From a virus: a stretch of DNA of 41,870 nucleotides. Position numbers and translations under genes: made by a program. Below are positions 25,734 through 36,234 of the stretch, piece after piece. The stretch spans positions 1 to 41,870 of IMG/VR virus record IMGVR_UViG_3300003323_000274. One strand, written 5' to 3'. Numbering within the stretch: the stretch's first letter is position 1; the number at the start of each line of letters is the position of its first letter. Below the pieces are notes generated by a model. It was not told where the DNA came from and searched no databases. It was given only the letters and a program-made list of their open reading frames with translations.

Positions 25734-25961
25734 TTAATTTTTACCCATTTGGGCCACTATTTTCTTTATGGTTTCGAAACTCATTTTGAGTTTATCAGCC
25801 ATTTCATAATAGATATCAGTTTTTGTTTTCCCTGATCCTGAATATGTTTTATAAAGATTGTAAACTTCTTCATGGCGCGGATATTTGCATGAAATTACAC
25901 CATCCTTCACCATTTGGTTTACTGTCTCCTGTGGGATTCCATATTTATCTGATAAGCTCAT
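25734..25961 (-). CDS. Mor-like / sigma region-4-like HTH protein (75 aa)
   Basis: [10 protein letters not shown]...[20 protein letters not shown] resembles the C-terminal HTH of the Mor family. Confidence 0.4.
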   Translation of the reverse strand: MSLSDKYGIPQETVNQMVKDGVISCKYPRHEEVYNLYKTYSGSGKTKTDIYYEMADKLKMSFETIKKIVAQMGKN

Positions 25962-27994
25962 GATCCAAATATTGAGTTAGTTTCTTTTATCTGTAATTGA
26001 TTGGCCTTACGTAAGAACTCTTTAATTGAAATCTGTTGAGGTGGCAAATTCTTAATAGCATTAGCCATAATTATAGCCTGCTGAGTTCCTGATATACTGG
26101 TATTCGTTACAAAACCACCATCAGCATAACCACGCACACGCATTCCTTCCAATGCCGCAATATGAGGTTGCGCTGCTGGAGCATTGACTACATTTTGTGG
26201 AGCAACGTATTCACCTTTATGAACAATCCCAGCAGGCTCATATTTTCCACCGTCACCAGTATAACCACCTTCAGCGAATGTAATCCCATTAATAGCTGCA
26301 ACATTAGCTAGACCGGCAGCAATCGCCGCCGCCGCTGCAATAGCTCCATAAGCCACATTTATTTCAGAACCAGATGCAAAAGCCGCATTAGCAGCTTTAT
26401 AAGTATCAATTAACGCTACTGCGCTGGCGATTAACTTATATTCATTGCTATTTTTATTAACCGCTGCTGCAATATTTGCCAATGATTGGCGTGTGATGTT
26501 TAGGATACTATCTTCAACACTTTGTCTTAATTGTATTTCTTTTTGTGATCGTTCATAGTCTTCTTTAGCTGCCTTATCCTTCATTCCTTTAAGACCTTTT
26601 TGTAAAGTCTCTTCAGATGATAAAGTGAATTTGGCAGTGCCTTCAATTAAATCCTTTGTTCTCTGCTGATCATCTAATTGTTGTTGTGTTTTTTCAGTAT
26701 CAGGTGTTTGTTGTATTGCATTTTGATCCGCCAGGCTGACAACCTCACTTGGATTATTAACTTTTGAAGATCTTCTATTGATATCTGTTACTGCCTTATT
26801 AATCCTATCTTCCTCAGCAGCTTGTTTACGTAATAATTCTAATCTCTTTTGTTCAGCAGACGTTAAATTTTCTTTTAACCTGAGTATTTTTTCGACCTGT
26901 TTAGTCGTATCCTTTTCAATCTTTGATATTTCAAGTTGTTTTTCTAATACTACAGTCTGTAAATCTTCATTTTCCTTATCTAAAGCTAATTGGAATTGAA
27001 GTTCTTGTAATTCATCTTTCTTAACTTTTAAAAGTTCTTCCTCATTAGCTCTAAGATTATCTATGATTTGGCCGCTTTTGAATATTTTATCATCGTATGA
27101 TACCTGGGCATCACCAAGATCTGATAATAATTCCTGATTTGTTTCAAGCCTGTCATTAACTTTATCCCTTACCTGTATTTCAGTTCTGCCAAGATCCTCT
27201 AAAGTTTCTTTTGATTGTGCTGAAGCTTTTGCTAAAATGGCAGTAGTAGTTCCAAAAACTTGTGCTATTCCATAAGTAGCAAGCTTTGAAAATAATCCTT
27301 CTCCATCTTCAGCAGATGATATTAATCCAGCAAATGCATTACTTGTTAATGATATTGCTGATGATAATTCATTTTGTGCAAATTCAAGATCTTTTGCTCC
27401 TATCGTAGATTTAGTATAGGCAATACCTAAAGCCGTAACAAGACCTATTGCTGCCGTTGCAGGATTTGCAAATGAGGCTAATTTTGTTCCAATGTCTCCA
27501 ACTGAAATACCGGCTACATTAATGCCTTTTGCAGCCTCTCCAAACTTCTCAGGATAATTACCAATCTGATCTTTGAATAATCCTGCTGATTTAGAAGTTT
27601 TGGTTATTTGCTCATTTAAAGTAGATAGCTCTTTTTCTAGTTCTTTCTGCCTGGCTAATCCTTTATCTGTTGCTGTATTGAGATTATCATATTCTTTGGC
27701 CAGAATAGAAACTTTTGTCTTTAGTGCATTTCTGCTATTACTCTCAGTGTTTATTAAAGCTGTTAGATTACGAGATTGAGTTTGCTCAGCCTTTAAGTTC
27801 TGCTGAATTCGTAAGCTCTCTTTTACATACTCTTCCTGTGTAATGATCCCCTTTTTATATTCAGCAGTAAGCTTTGTCTGAGCTTCCTTGTTTGAAAGTA
27901 TGGCTTTATTTACTGCAATCAGATCTTTCTCGGCCTTACTATGGTCTATCTCAAATTTTAATATTACCGTTTCGTCAGTTTGCTTTGCCATCAC
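25958..27994 (-). CDS. tape measure protein (678 aa)
   Basis: Long coiled coil with internal hydrophobic Ala/Gly segments. The C-terminal [25 protein letters not shown] motif is typical of tape measure proteins. Confidence 0.75.
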   Translation of the reverse strand: MMAKQTDETVILKFEIDHSKAEKDLIAVNKAILSNKEAQTKLTAEYKKGIITQEEYVKESLRIQQNLKAEQTQSRNLTALINTESNSRNALKTKVSILAKEYDNLNTATDKGLARQKELEKELSTLNEQITKTSKSAGLFKDQIGNYPEKFGEAAKGINVAGISVGDIGTKLASFANPATAAIGLVTALGIAYTKSTIGAKDLEFAQNELSSAISLTSNAFAGLISSAEDGEGLFSKLATYGIAQVFGTTTAILAKASAQSKETLEDLGRTEIQVRDKVNDRLETNQELLSDLGDAQVSYDDKIFKSGQIIDNLRANEEELLKVKKDELQELQFQLALDKENEDLQTVVLEKQLEISKIEKDTTKQVEKILRLKENLTSAEQKRLELLRKQAAEEDRINKAVTDINRRSSKVNNPSEVVSLADQNAIQQTPDTEKTQQQLDDQQRTKDLIEGTAKFTLSSEETLQKGLKGMKDKAAKEDYERSQKEIQLRQSVEDSILNITRQSLANIAAAVNKNSNEYKLIASAVALIDTYKAANAAFASGSEINVAYGAIAAAAAIAAGLANVAAINGITFAEGGYTGDGGKYEPAGIVHKGEYVAPQNVVNAPAAQPHIAALEGMRVRGYADGGFVTNTSISGTQQAIIMANAIKNLPPQQISIKEFLRKANQLQIKETNSIFGS

Positions 27995-30219
27995 TTCGTT
28001 ATTTTAACAAGCTCCAAAATGCAAGGTGTTACGCTATCTTTATAACCAGTTAGTTTATTAGCTATAAAAAGAGAATTAAATTTTTCTGTTTTTAATCTAA
28101 TTGGTTTTGTAAGATCCAGATTTAAAAACACTTGTTCAGGTAATAAGAATTCAACAATTGGATTTATGGGATTGTTCAGTGAATCTCGAATGGCACCATA
28201 ATAAGTATCTGTCATATTCAATGAATCGAATCCATCAATATCACCGAAACTCAATCCCTGCCTAACGATATCAAGTTCGCTGCCATCTTTCGATTTAACA
28301 AATACAGCAACTCCAACATTTTCATGATATACTTCTGGCCATGTGTCTATCCCATTATCAAATAATTGCCATTGACCATTATAATTAATTATTGTTGAAT
28401 CAGATATTTTCCAACATGATGATCGCATAGGATCTACAGATCCAACTGGTGGCACGACGGAGTTATCGCCTCCGACACTAAACCTGATCTTTTGCGGAAG
28501 TGTGACATCTGGGAAATATAAAGCGACAATCTGATCATCAGAAGTATTTAGTTTATATTGCTGAAGTGTTAGTGTTCCTGTTGCATTTCCTACATATGGA
28601 ATATTAAAGAAAGTAAAATTACCTCCTGATGTATGAAATACTGCTAGTCCACCACTATTCGTTACGCTGGTGATTGCATAAGTGACCTCAGAATCTTCTA
28701 TAGTTAGATAATCGGATTCAACCAAGAATGTTTTAAATAGATCATTCCGATAGCAGTATGGAGCTATGAAATCAAGACTTGTGAACTCTTTTAATTTTTT
28801 TAATGATCTATTATTGACATCAAAACTTCCTTGTCCCCATTGTAATACATGTGAATCATTGTAGTTTTTTATCAGATCATTATCAGCAGCTTTATAACTT
28901 ATCGTGTTTATCTGTCCATAATTTGAAATCAGATTATAATTACTCAGTTCATTGATGTTATTAATGTACTCACTTAGATCTTGTTCTGGATAAGATGTAA
29001 TGTCTTTATATAAAACTGTATTGACAACTTTTGAATATTGATTGTAACTAGCAATTACATTGAACATCTTAAAAATATCGCTTAGAAAATCAACGCTATT
29101 GGCATTCGGGCAAAGCGTGGATGCAAATACAAAATCAGTTGCAACAGCACTTATTTTAAGAGTTGCTGTGTTAATATCGTTTGTTCCTGGGCCTGAATCA
29201 ACAAATGAAAACATTTCAAAGTAATCTCCAGCTTTCATAAAAAGATATCCAGAATATTTTACAGGATTTGGGGTACTGCCATTTACAAATGCATTGTATC
29301 TATTAACACCGTTAACATCAAAATGGAAATGTGTTTCTTTGCTGGTATCTGAAACAGATGCTGTAAACTCAACGTGAATTACGCATTGATAAGTAGCTGT
29401 AAATCTGTTAATACTAGTATCCCAATTATTTAATTTAGATTGATATTGCGGTGAAGTGTTAACCAGTTCAAATGATAATTTTGTAGGTGTAACATTCGCA
29501 ACAGTCTGAGGGATTTTACTAGCCACAGAAATATTTTGATTTGCTATCACCTCTAATTTTTTCTGTGAGTTATTGGTAGTAATTAAATTATTATAGTTTG
29601 CGTCTTTTAATAGATCACCAGATATGGTGAGTCCTGCCTTACTCATTATTGCATTTACTATGTGCTTAACAAATAAAAATGGCTGAAATTCATTCTTTAC
29701 TGTTGTTCCCTGTCCAGGTGTTTCAAATGCCTGAATACGTTGATTAAAGTCACATTGTAGAAAATAATCACTTCTACTTTTTAAAACTCCAATATCAATA
29801 AGAGGCCACACCACTCCGGTATTATTGCTCCAGCTTGATATAATAGTATCTTCACGGGTTTCTATATCATAGGCAGATAAATCAAGATCAATACACTTTC
29901 CAGTTATCTTTGAGAAGAAGTTATTATTATCAGAAAAGAATGAGCAATCAATCCCGATTGAGTTGTCAACGTTTATATAACCTATGAATAGAGTAATTCC
30001 GCCATCTGTTTGTATCTGAACGTTTTCAACGAGACATGCATTCTCATTATTTGAAACATTGAGTACATTGAGTAATCTTCTATTCTGTGCTGTTGGTTCT
30101 ACCGTGAATGAATAGGAAAATGTACCGGCGGTAGTAAGCGTAGCGAAACTGAATAATTGTTTTTCAATTACTATATCTCCATTGAATTCCAGATATTCAT
30201 CGCCTACTTTTACAATCAT
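27991..30219 (-). CDS. large virion/tail structural protein (742 aa)
   Basis: Beta-rich, N/S/T-rich, and ATGA-coupled to the tape measure gene. Function unassigned. Confidence 0.5.
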   Translation of the reverse strand: MIVKVGDEYLEFNGDIVIEKQLFSFATLTTAGTFSYSFTVEPTAQNRRLLNVLNVSNNENACLVENVQIQTDGGITLFIGYINVDNSIGIDCSFFSDNNNFFSKITGKCIDLDLSAYDIETREDTIISSWSNNTGVVWPLIDIGVLKSRSDYFLQCDFNQRIQAFETPGQGTTVKNEFQPFLFVKHIVNAIMSKAGLTISGDLLKDANYNNLITTNNSQKKLEVIANQNISVASKIPQTVANVTPTKLSFELVNTSPQYQSKLNNWDTSINRFTATYQCVIHVEFTASVSDTSKETHFHFDVNGVNRYNAFVNGSTPNPVKYSGYLFMKAGDYFEMFSFVDSGPGTNDINTATLKISAVATDFVFASTLCPNANSVDFLSDIFKMFNVIASYNQYSKVVNTVLYKDITSYPEQDLSEYINNINELSNYNLISNYGQINTISYKAADNDLIKNYNDSHVLQWGQGSFDVNNRSLKKLKEFTSLDFIAPYCYRNDLFKTFLVESDYLTIEDSEVTYAITSVTNSGGLAVFHTSGGNFTFFNIPYVGNATGTLTLQQYKLNTSDDQIVALYFPDVTLPQKIRFSVGGDNSVVPPVGSVDPMRSSCWKISDSTIINYNGQWQLFDNGIDTWPEVYHENVGVAVFVKSKDGSELDIVRQGLSFGDIDGFDSLNMTDTYYGAIRDSLNNPINPIVEFLLPEQVFLNLDLTKPIRLKTEKFNSLFIANKLTGYKDSVTPCILELVKITK

Positions 30220-30635
30220 AATCTTTGCGCTGGAATATTATCAGTTAACCTAACTCTGAAGGATAGTGAAAAAACTTTGTCATCTTCTGTATACTGTCTA
30301 AATGAGTCTGAATCAACAATAACCGTTATCCGATCATTACGACTATTCATAATCTGAACGATAGGTGAAGTCTTAATCTTGCTCAAAGCCTCCACCTGAT
30401 TAAGTGTTAAATGCTGAGACTTCAGTGTTTGAAACTTCTTACCTGTTTTGAAAGTAGTCTTTTCAATTGTATCAGCCGTATTACCATAAGACTTAGGCCA
30501 ATTTGGCAATAGATTTGTTTTAGTTGTTCCGCTTCCATCAATATCTATTCCATATTCTTGTCTGGCATGAAACAGAAAGTAATCAAATCCACCTAAAGGA
30601 TTTAACCATGTTACGTATGTATTACTCGCTTTCAT
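30216..30635 (-). CDS. hypothetical virion protein (139 aa)
   Basis: Coupled ORF between two large structural genes. Confidence 0.5.
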   Translation of the reverse strand: MKASNTYVTWLNPLGGFDYFLFHARQEYGIDIDGSGTTKTNLLPNWPKSYGNTADTIEKTTFKTGKKFQTLKSQHLTLNQVEALSKIKTSPIVQIMNSRNDRITVIVDSDSFRQYTEDDKVFSLSFRVRLTDNIPAQRL

Positions 30636-32476
30636 TCTAATTCGCGTAAGTTTCCACCCTCAGTTATGCGTAGATCGTCGTTTGTAAATGTTGAATCACA
30701 TTCATCTATAATGTCGATGCAGATTGTTTCAGTTATGTCGTGAGCCGGAATAGCAGGTATTTCAGGCGTAGTCATCATAGCAGTTATTGAACTGATTGTA
30801 ATAACGCTTGTGAAGTCACTACCAAAAGTTGGAGCTGATTTAACACCTTTTACTTTGCATGCGTATTTAACACATGAAGGATTTGCTATAAATGTTATTG
30901 TGTCTGTTCTGCTTGCCCCTGTAGTTACATCAACAGAATAAGAATTAAGTATATTGTTTGATGAGTCTAAGATGTAAATATAAAAAGTAATCGTAATGTT
31001 TAATGCCAGAATATTTGTTCCGCTCCATGTAACACTGATTGAATAAGAATTGCCACTTATAAATGCGAAGTTCTCTGCCCAAATATCAGATAACTTTGTT
31101 ACACCTGCATCACTGGCTAACCATGGTAATGAAACATTAGGCGATGCACCTGTAGCCCAATCTATTCCGGATCCTGCAATATTTACTCCTGAGCTTAAGG
31201 CCGGTAACGTTACGCTAGTTGTTGATTCTGGAATTCCTGGTATAGATGAAGCTGAAGCCTTGATACAATATTGATCGTAAGCAGAGTCAGGAACAAATCC
31301 TACCCTTAATAATCCTTTTCCGGGATCATCGTAGTTTAGGTATTCAGTTATTAAAACTACGCCGTTTAATATTTTGTAAATTGTTATTATAACGTCAATT
31401 CCTTCATACTGATTTAGAAACGAAATGTCAAAATATCGATTAACATAAGCTTGTGGCACATCTATTTGTGTGAGCCATCTTGACAATATAGAATCTGAAT
31501 CTAGGTAATCATCCATGAACCCGCTACCAACATTCTTAAATGCCATTTGTGAATTTATGGCATAACCTTCGAATGAATCTAAAGTTGTGCTTATCTGTGT
31601 TGATGTAACTGCGTTACCGTCTGAAATATCATAGTATTCTGAGAAATCAATATAGAATGCAACCATGAAATCAATATTATTTGGCAGGCTGTCTAAATTT
31701 AAATTATTCCCCATTCTGATGAACCCCTGTAGAATTTCAGCAACAGAGAACTTCATATTGCCGTCTGAATCGGGTATCAGTGGTATTGTTCCTGCTAAAA
31801 CATAAGGCTTTTCTTCTTCCCATCGATGACCATAAGGGAGGCCGGCATATACATTTACTTTGATAAAGTAGTTGTTGTAATACTTTTCAACCTGGTAAAT
31901 ACTAAAGTCATTTGAAGCACTGTAAGCCAGGTTTATTACTATCTTCCAATTACTGATAACTGAAAGTATCTGATAAGGCCCAGCTAAAGATCCGGAACCA
32001 ACTAAGGTTATGTACTCAAGTGCGATAGGATTTGTTAAACCAGTGCTTAAATTAAGGCATGTATAACCATTAACGCTTTCTTGAGAAACAATAGTAATCG
32101 GTGTATATGCTTCAGCGTCTATGTTAACGGGCCAAAGATCGGAGTTAAGTTCATAAACTATTGGCAGATGAACTGATTGAAATCCATGCTCCAGTACAGA
32201 AACGAAATAGCTTATTGATGCATTCTGTTTAAATAGTATGTTACTGCCTGACTCTGAGTTCCGGATCTTAAAATGATCATAAGCAACTGAATCAACGTAT
32301 TTAAACCCGTTGTACGAATCGTAATCAGACTCAATGTAAACGTAGTCACCATCCATGAGGCTATGACCGCCAGGCACATATATAGCCGCATCACCTCCAC
32401 TGCTTGCAATGGTCGCGCTGATCATTGAACTATTAAGCTTATGTCCCTGAGGTCTGCTAATTACTGTTACGGCCAT
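30632..32476 (-). CDS. large virion/tail structural protein (614 aa)
   Basis: Beta-rich and S/T/N-rich, coupled to its neighbours. Function unassigned. Confidence 0.5.
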   Translation of the reverse strand: MAVTVISRPQGHKLNSSMISATIASSGGDAAIYVPGGHSLMDGDYVYIESDYDSYNGFKYVDSVAYDHFKIRNSESGSNILFKQNASISYFVSVLEHGFQSVHLPIVYELNSDLWPVNIDAEAYTPITIVSQESVNGYTCLNLSTGLTNPIALEYITLVGSGSLAGPYQILSVISNWKIVINLAYSASNDFSIYQVEKYYNNYFIKVNVYAGLPYGHRWEEEKPYVLAGTIPLIPDSDGNMKFSVAEILQGFIRMGNNLNLDSLPNNIDFMVAFYIDFSEYYDISDGNAVTSTQISTTLDSFEGYAINSQMAFKNVGSGFMDDYLDSDSILSRWLTQIDVPQAYVNRYFDISFLNQYEGIDVIITIYKILNGVVLITEYLNYDDPGKGLLRVGFVPDSAYDQYCIKASASSIPGIPESTTSVTLPALSSGVNIAGSGIDWATGASPNVSLPWLASDAGVTKLSDIWAENFAFISGNSYSISVTWSGTNILALNITITFYIYILDSSNNILNSYSVDVTTGASRTDTITFIANPSCVKYACKVKGVKSAPTFGSDFTSVITISSITAMMTTPEIPAIPAHDITETICIDIIDECDSTFTNDDLRITEGGNLRELE

Positions 32477-32933
32477 ACATTTCCTTTATGTTGACTACTA
32501 ATAATTTACCGTATGAATCTAAAACACTTTGTGAAATCTTATCGGTTAAAGATTGATTAATGACCGAACTGATAATGTCTTTTCTGCCGCCTTTCTGATG
32601 TAGCTTTGTGCCATGCTGGTGTATTGACTTTGCAATACCATAAGCACTACCTTTCTTTCCTTTGGCCTCCATCCATTCTTTTATCGCAGCTACGAATTCT
32701 TTTGATGGCTTGGTATAATCTGGAGTTGCCTTTCGTCCGGTTTCAACCGTAGCAAAATAAGGCCTTCCGAAGATGGTCATTATTGTTACATCGCCATTCT
32801 CTTTTACTTCGAATCGTAATGAGTTTGCAGTTTTACCCGTGGCGTTTGTTCCTGTCGCCTGAAGGTTGTTTTTAATCTGCTGGATAGTAGACTGGCCGAA
32901 CTGGTTTAGTATGGTTATCAAATTAGCAGTCAC
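32457..32933 (-). CDS. HK97 gp10-like head-tail/tail-completion protein
   Basis: 158 aa. The pattern NATGKTANSLRFEV...GRPYFATVETGR resembles the HK97 gp10 family. Confidence 0.4.
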   Translation of the reverse strand: MTANLITILNQFGQSTIQQIKNNLQATGTNATGKTANSLRFEVKENGDVTIMTIFGRPYFATVETGRKATPDYTKPSKEFVAAIKEWMEAKGKKGSAYGIAKSIHQHGTKLHQKGGRKDIISSVINQSLTDKISQSVLDSYGKLLVVNIKEMYGRNSN

Positions 32934-33378
32934 GGCAATAATCCCAATTATCAGGAACCTGGATTTGAAAATTAAGAAGATGGCCGGTTAAAATGTCGGC
33001 TGTAGCTTTTATGAAAGCTTGCTGATTGATATTGAGTATCAGAATTCCATCCTCATCATTGAGGACATTGTTTATCTTTTGAATAAATTGATCAACTAAC
33101 GTATCAGTATCATCAAGTATAATGGCGTATTCTTCTGAGATTGAATCTTCTTTGTCAAGCATGTAGAATGCCATCGAAGCAGACCAAACTTTAACGTAAT
33201 TAATAACATTATTATCAGTGAATCCAGCAGTACAAGTTAGTGTATCGCATGTGATAAATGGGTATTGCTTATCACGTATTAGATTGAAATCTGAGGTACG
33301 ACCGTATGAAAACTCGATATCATCGCGCAGGCTTTTAGCTGCTTTCTCAATAATGGCCCTAATCCCTTTATGACTCAT
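32923..33378 (-). CDS. hypothetical neck/tail-completion-like protein (151 aa)
   Basis: Placed by position in the morphogenesis operon. No firm motif. Confidence 0.45.
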   Translation of the reverse strand: MSHKGIRAIIEKAAKSLRDDIEFSYGRTSDFNLIRDKQYPFITCDTLTCTAGFTDNNVINYVKVWSASMAFYMLDKEDSISEEYAIILDDTDTLVDQFIQKINNVLNDEDGILILNINQQAFIKATADILTGHLLNFQIQVPDNWDYCRDC

Positions 33379-33393
33379 GGTACCAAAAATAGA

Positions 33394-34169
33394 TTATTTC
33401 CTGTTCATAATCAATTTATTGTACTCGGATTGACAATGTGATTTCCACGATTCATAGATATGCTTATACCAAAATTGTTTAGCAGACCAGTTATTATAAA
33501 GTTCTTCCTCTGATACGTTTATTTGCTTCGATATTTCCGCGATGCTGGCGTACGAGCCAAACGTTTTTTGGAGGTTACCGAATCCTGCTTCTTCTTCTTC
33601 TGGCTCTGGGTAATATTCAGGTAGCTGCTCTGAGTGCCAGTTAATAAGCTCAACAGCTTGACTAAAAAAAAACTTCCTAAGTTTATTACCTGGTAAGCCG
33701 GTAAGTCTTGAATTTCAGTTTCGGCCATTACCATAGCCTTTTCGTAGTTATATTCACCGTCTCTTATCTTCTGTAGATAAATTGCCACATATTTTGCTTG
33801 GGCCTGTAGCAAGCTTATAACTTCAGATTCTCCATTCTGTTTTAACATGACCGATCGTAAATCTTCAAACTGCCCGAGGCTTTCAAACTGGATATTGAAT
33901 TGTTTTTTGTGATTTATTGGCAGATCATAAGGCCCGATCTTTGTAATAATTCCTTCAAATTTTGGTGTCTTCTGAAGGAATGACAGGCATAATAATAGTT
34001 CTTCAAGACCTTCGTATTTAGCGGCTTTAGCGTCAATTCCGGTGAATAAATTGATTAATCCTGCAAGTTTTTCGGTGTTGGTAATGACTCCGATGTACTG
34101 TTTAAAGGTAAGGTCTTCCCATTGTGATGGTATATTGTACTTTTTGCTGTTGATTTTGAAAGGAACCAT
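33394..34169 (-). CDS. -1 frameshift (or homopolymer-corrected) product, 258 aa
   Basis: The hand-translated -1 frame stays open for 92 codons from the T9 run, has no start codon of its own, and ends 15 nt before the next gene, which fills the gap. 776 nt plus 1 gives 777, or 259 codons. Confidence 0.6.
33519..34169 (-). CDS. 0-frame product of the frameshift-prone gene (216 aa)
   Basis: ORF-track ORF. After the T9 run, its last 48 aa are low-complexity and basic (…QKKKKQDSVTSKKRLARTPASRKYRSK). Confidence 0.5.
   Translation of the reverse strand: MVPFKINSKKYNIPSQWEDLTFKQYIGVITNTEKLAGLINLFTGIDAKAAKYEGLEELLLCLSFLQKTPKFEGIITKIGPYDLPINHKKQFNIQFESLGQFEDLRSVMLKQNGESEVISLLQAQAKYVAIYLQKIRDGEYNYEKAMVMAETEIQDLPAYQVINLGSFFLVKLLSLLTGTQSSYLNITQSQKKKKQDSVTSKKRLARTPASRKYRSK
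33664..33672 (-). other. U9 slippery run (agT TTT TTT TTA in the 0 frame)
   Basis: Plus-strand A9 read at 33664..33672. It contains the X XXY YYZ heptamer T TTT TTT. Confidence 0.7.
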
Positions 34170-34226
34170 ATATTATTCTGTTTTGTCTGTCTCTGTACGG
34201 TGACGTGATACCACTTTTGCAAAATA

Positions 34227-35399
34227 TTATTTCGATTTATGGAAACTGTAATGTGATGAAATCTTAGGCTTTTTAAATGAAATTGAGGCATATCTGCCGG
34301 CATCCATCGCATGATCGTTTAGCTTTAGTGGCTCGTCGGTTATTCCGACATGCTTTGTCATGTACTTGTAACTCTTTATTTCCTTTAAAATGTTAGTTGA
34401 TCCTGAATGAATGTATAATTTTCGGCTCTTAATGAAGTCAATGCCTTCTTTTACATTCTTATTTGCCATTATTGCTTTGAATCCTGCGCGTTTTAAGTCT
34501 TCAATCTTGTCAGGGCTGGCAGAATCGCAATAAATTGGATCATGTGATTTGACTATTTGCTTAAGCATTGGTATAAGATCGCTTATCGTTAGCCCGCTTT
34601 GATATATTTCTTCTTTCCAGTATAAATTTTGGTCGTTTTCTATAACTTTAACGAGCGCAGTAGGATTGTTGTACCCAAAATCGAGCCCCCAGCATACTTG
34701 ACCGTTAATATTTTCTGAATATGGCAACCAATGTGTATATATAACACCTGCTGAATGTCCTCGCTCACCCTCTCCATAAATCCTCCAAAAGTTTTCGTCA
34801 ACATTTTTGAGGTTTTCAATTTCTTTGACTTGTTCATTTGGTAGGAATGGATTGTCTAAGTATGTTGATTTGATGAAGTAACAATCCGGCCTTGTGAGAA
34901 TGTTATCGTAAATCCAGTGGAATTCATCAGCGGGATTGAAATCAATAAAGATCGCTTTACTGGTCCGGAGCATGAGTTGCGTAAAAGTGTCAATCTCCGT
35001 GAGATTCGCTTCATTGAAAAATAGAATATCCCTACCAGGGCCACGAACCTTAAGGTTATTATCAGAGCTAAAGAACTCTGTGTAACTACCGTTCGGATAA
35101 TTATAAACCTGTTCTGTACGTACATGCGAGTTCGGATCATAAATTCCTGTGTTTTCCATTATTGTACGCCAATCACGCATTGCACCTCGTCTAAGATGAG
35201 GAAATGCTACTGACGTAACCGAAATTCTTAATTTTTCCTTTAATGCCAGCGCAATCAAAAGCTGATTTAATGTATAAGTCTTACCGGAACGTGTACCTCC
35301 CTGATTTGCAATGATTCTATAACCAGCTTTATATGCTTTATAGGATTCAGTCGCTACTTTTATCTTTGGGATCTTGAATCTTATTATCTCCTGGCTCAT
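34227..35399 (-). CDS. terL: terminase large subunit
   Basis: Walker A QGGTRSGKTYT, and nuclease motifs WGLDFGYNNPTA, YCDSASP and NDHAMDAGRYA. Confidence 0.85.
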   Translation of the reverse strand: MSQEIIRFKIPKIKVATESYKAYKAGYRIIANQGGTRSGKTYTLNQLLIALALKEKLRISVTSVAFPHLRRGAMRDWRTIMENTGIYDPNSHVRTEQVYNYPNGSYTEFFSSDNNLKVRGPGRDILFFNEANLTEIDTFTQLMLRTSKAIFIDFNPADEFHWIYDNILTRPDCYFIKSTYLDNPFLPNEQVKEIENLKNVDENFWRIYGEGERGHSAGVIYTHWLPYSENINGQVCWGLDFGYNNPTALVKVIENDQNLYWKEEIYQSGLTISDLIPMLKQIVKSHDPIYCDSASPDKIEDLKRAGFKAIMANKNVKEGIDFIKSRKLYIHSGSTNILKEIKSYKYMTKHVGITDEPLKLNDHAMDAGRYASISFKKPKISSHYSFHKSK

Positions 35400-35688
35400 T
35401 CCATGTTATTTCTATCCTATGACCTACTTCACCGCTATGTTCTGTTTGAACCGCTGATAGTTTTGGGGCTGCGTAAGGCAATATCTCTGCTATAAACTGT
35501 AGTCTGTCTTTTGGTGTTTTAAGGGCTTTAAAGTCACTCTGAACCTGATCTATGTTGTTCTCCAAAAATTGAACGATAGCCTCTCTAACCTTAACAGAAA
35601 CCTTTACAATAGCTCCTTTTGGCTTACCTGGGTTCCCCAGGGTGAACTTACCTTTCTCATCCCGAATATTTCCGTTGGTTTCGGACAT
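35347..35688 (-). CDS. putative terminase small subunit-like protein
   Basis: Lies immediately upstream of terL and overlaps it. The GKFTLGNPGKPKGA motif is common in small DNA-packaging proteins of Bacteroidota phages. ATG 35688 is preferred over the track TTG at 35697. Confidence 0.45.
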   Translation of the reverse strand: MSETNGNIRDEKGKFTLGNPGKPKGAIVKVSVKVREAIVQFLENNIDQVQSDFKALKTPKDRLQFIAEILPYAAPKLSAVQTEHSGEVGHRIEITWNEPGDNKIQDPKDKSSD

Positions 35689-35699
35689 ATCATTCAAAT

Positions 35700-35910
35700 T
35701 TAAGCATTTTTAACTTCATCTCGTTTAATTTGTCTTTCGTCTATTTCCTCAAAATCTGAGTCTCTATATGATTTTCCAATTCCAGTTATACCCCACGATC
35801 TTCTATTGAAGGAGAATTCCGCTATAATCCTGTTAAGCTGTAAATTAGGTTCTGTAGATGATGAAATCAGATTTTACATCTGGGAATTTAGGTGCGTATG
35901 TTCTCTTCAT
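35700..35910 (-). pseudogene. frame-broken small ORF (21-codon ATG ORF plus 57-codon startless ORF)
   Basis: MKRTYAPKFPDVKSDFIIYRT* overlaps a +1-frame open stretch, ...NLQLNRIIAEFSFNRRSWGITGIGKSYRDSDFEEIDERQIKRDEVKNA*. Removing one A from the A4 run would fuse the two. Confidence 0.3.
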
Positions 35911-35970
35911 AGTCTTTTCAAATAAAAGAAAGTAGCCTGCTTGAACAGGACTACTTCTCCCAGTCCAATT

Positions 35971-36231
35971 TTAAGCGTTATTGAGTTTAATTGTTCTTGT
36001 TTGTACTGCTGTTCCAACTAATTGCCCGTTAGCGTCATAATATTCACAACTTCGCGTTTGTTGTGCATATACAGAACCGGTCATAAAGTCAGTGTAAATG
36101 TTGTTTGTTTGCCATGTATCGCAAGATGGTGCGTGAAAAAATGCTTTTTCATTTACGGTGTTAGCCTCCGTTTGGCCTGAGTTAATCACAACTATTGCAA
36201 TAACTGAGAGGATTAAAATTAACTTTTTCAT
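35971..36231 (-). CDS. small secreted protein (86 aa)
   Basis: Signal peptide MKKLILILSVIAIVVINSG|Q, with two Cys in the mature part. Confidence 0.55.
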   Translation of the reverse strand: MKKLILILSVIAIVVINSGQTEANTVNEKAFFHAPSCDTWQTNNIYTDFMTGSVYAQQTRSCEYYDANGQLVGTAVQTRTIKLNNA

Positions 36232-36234
36232 GGT

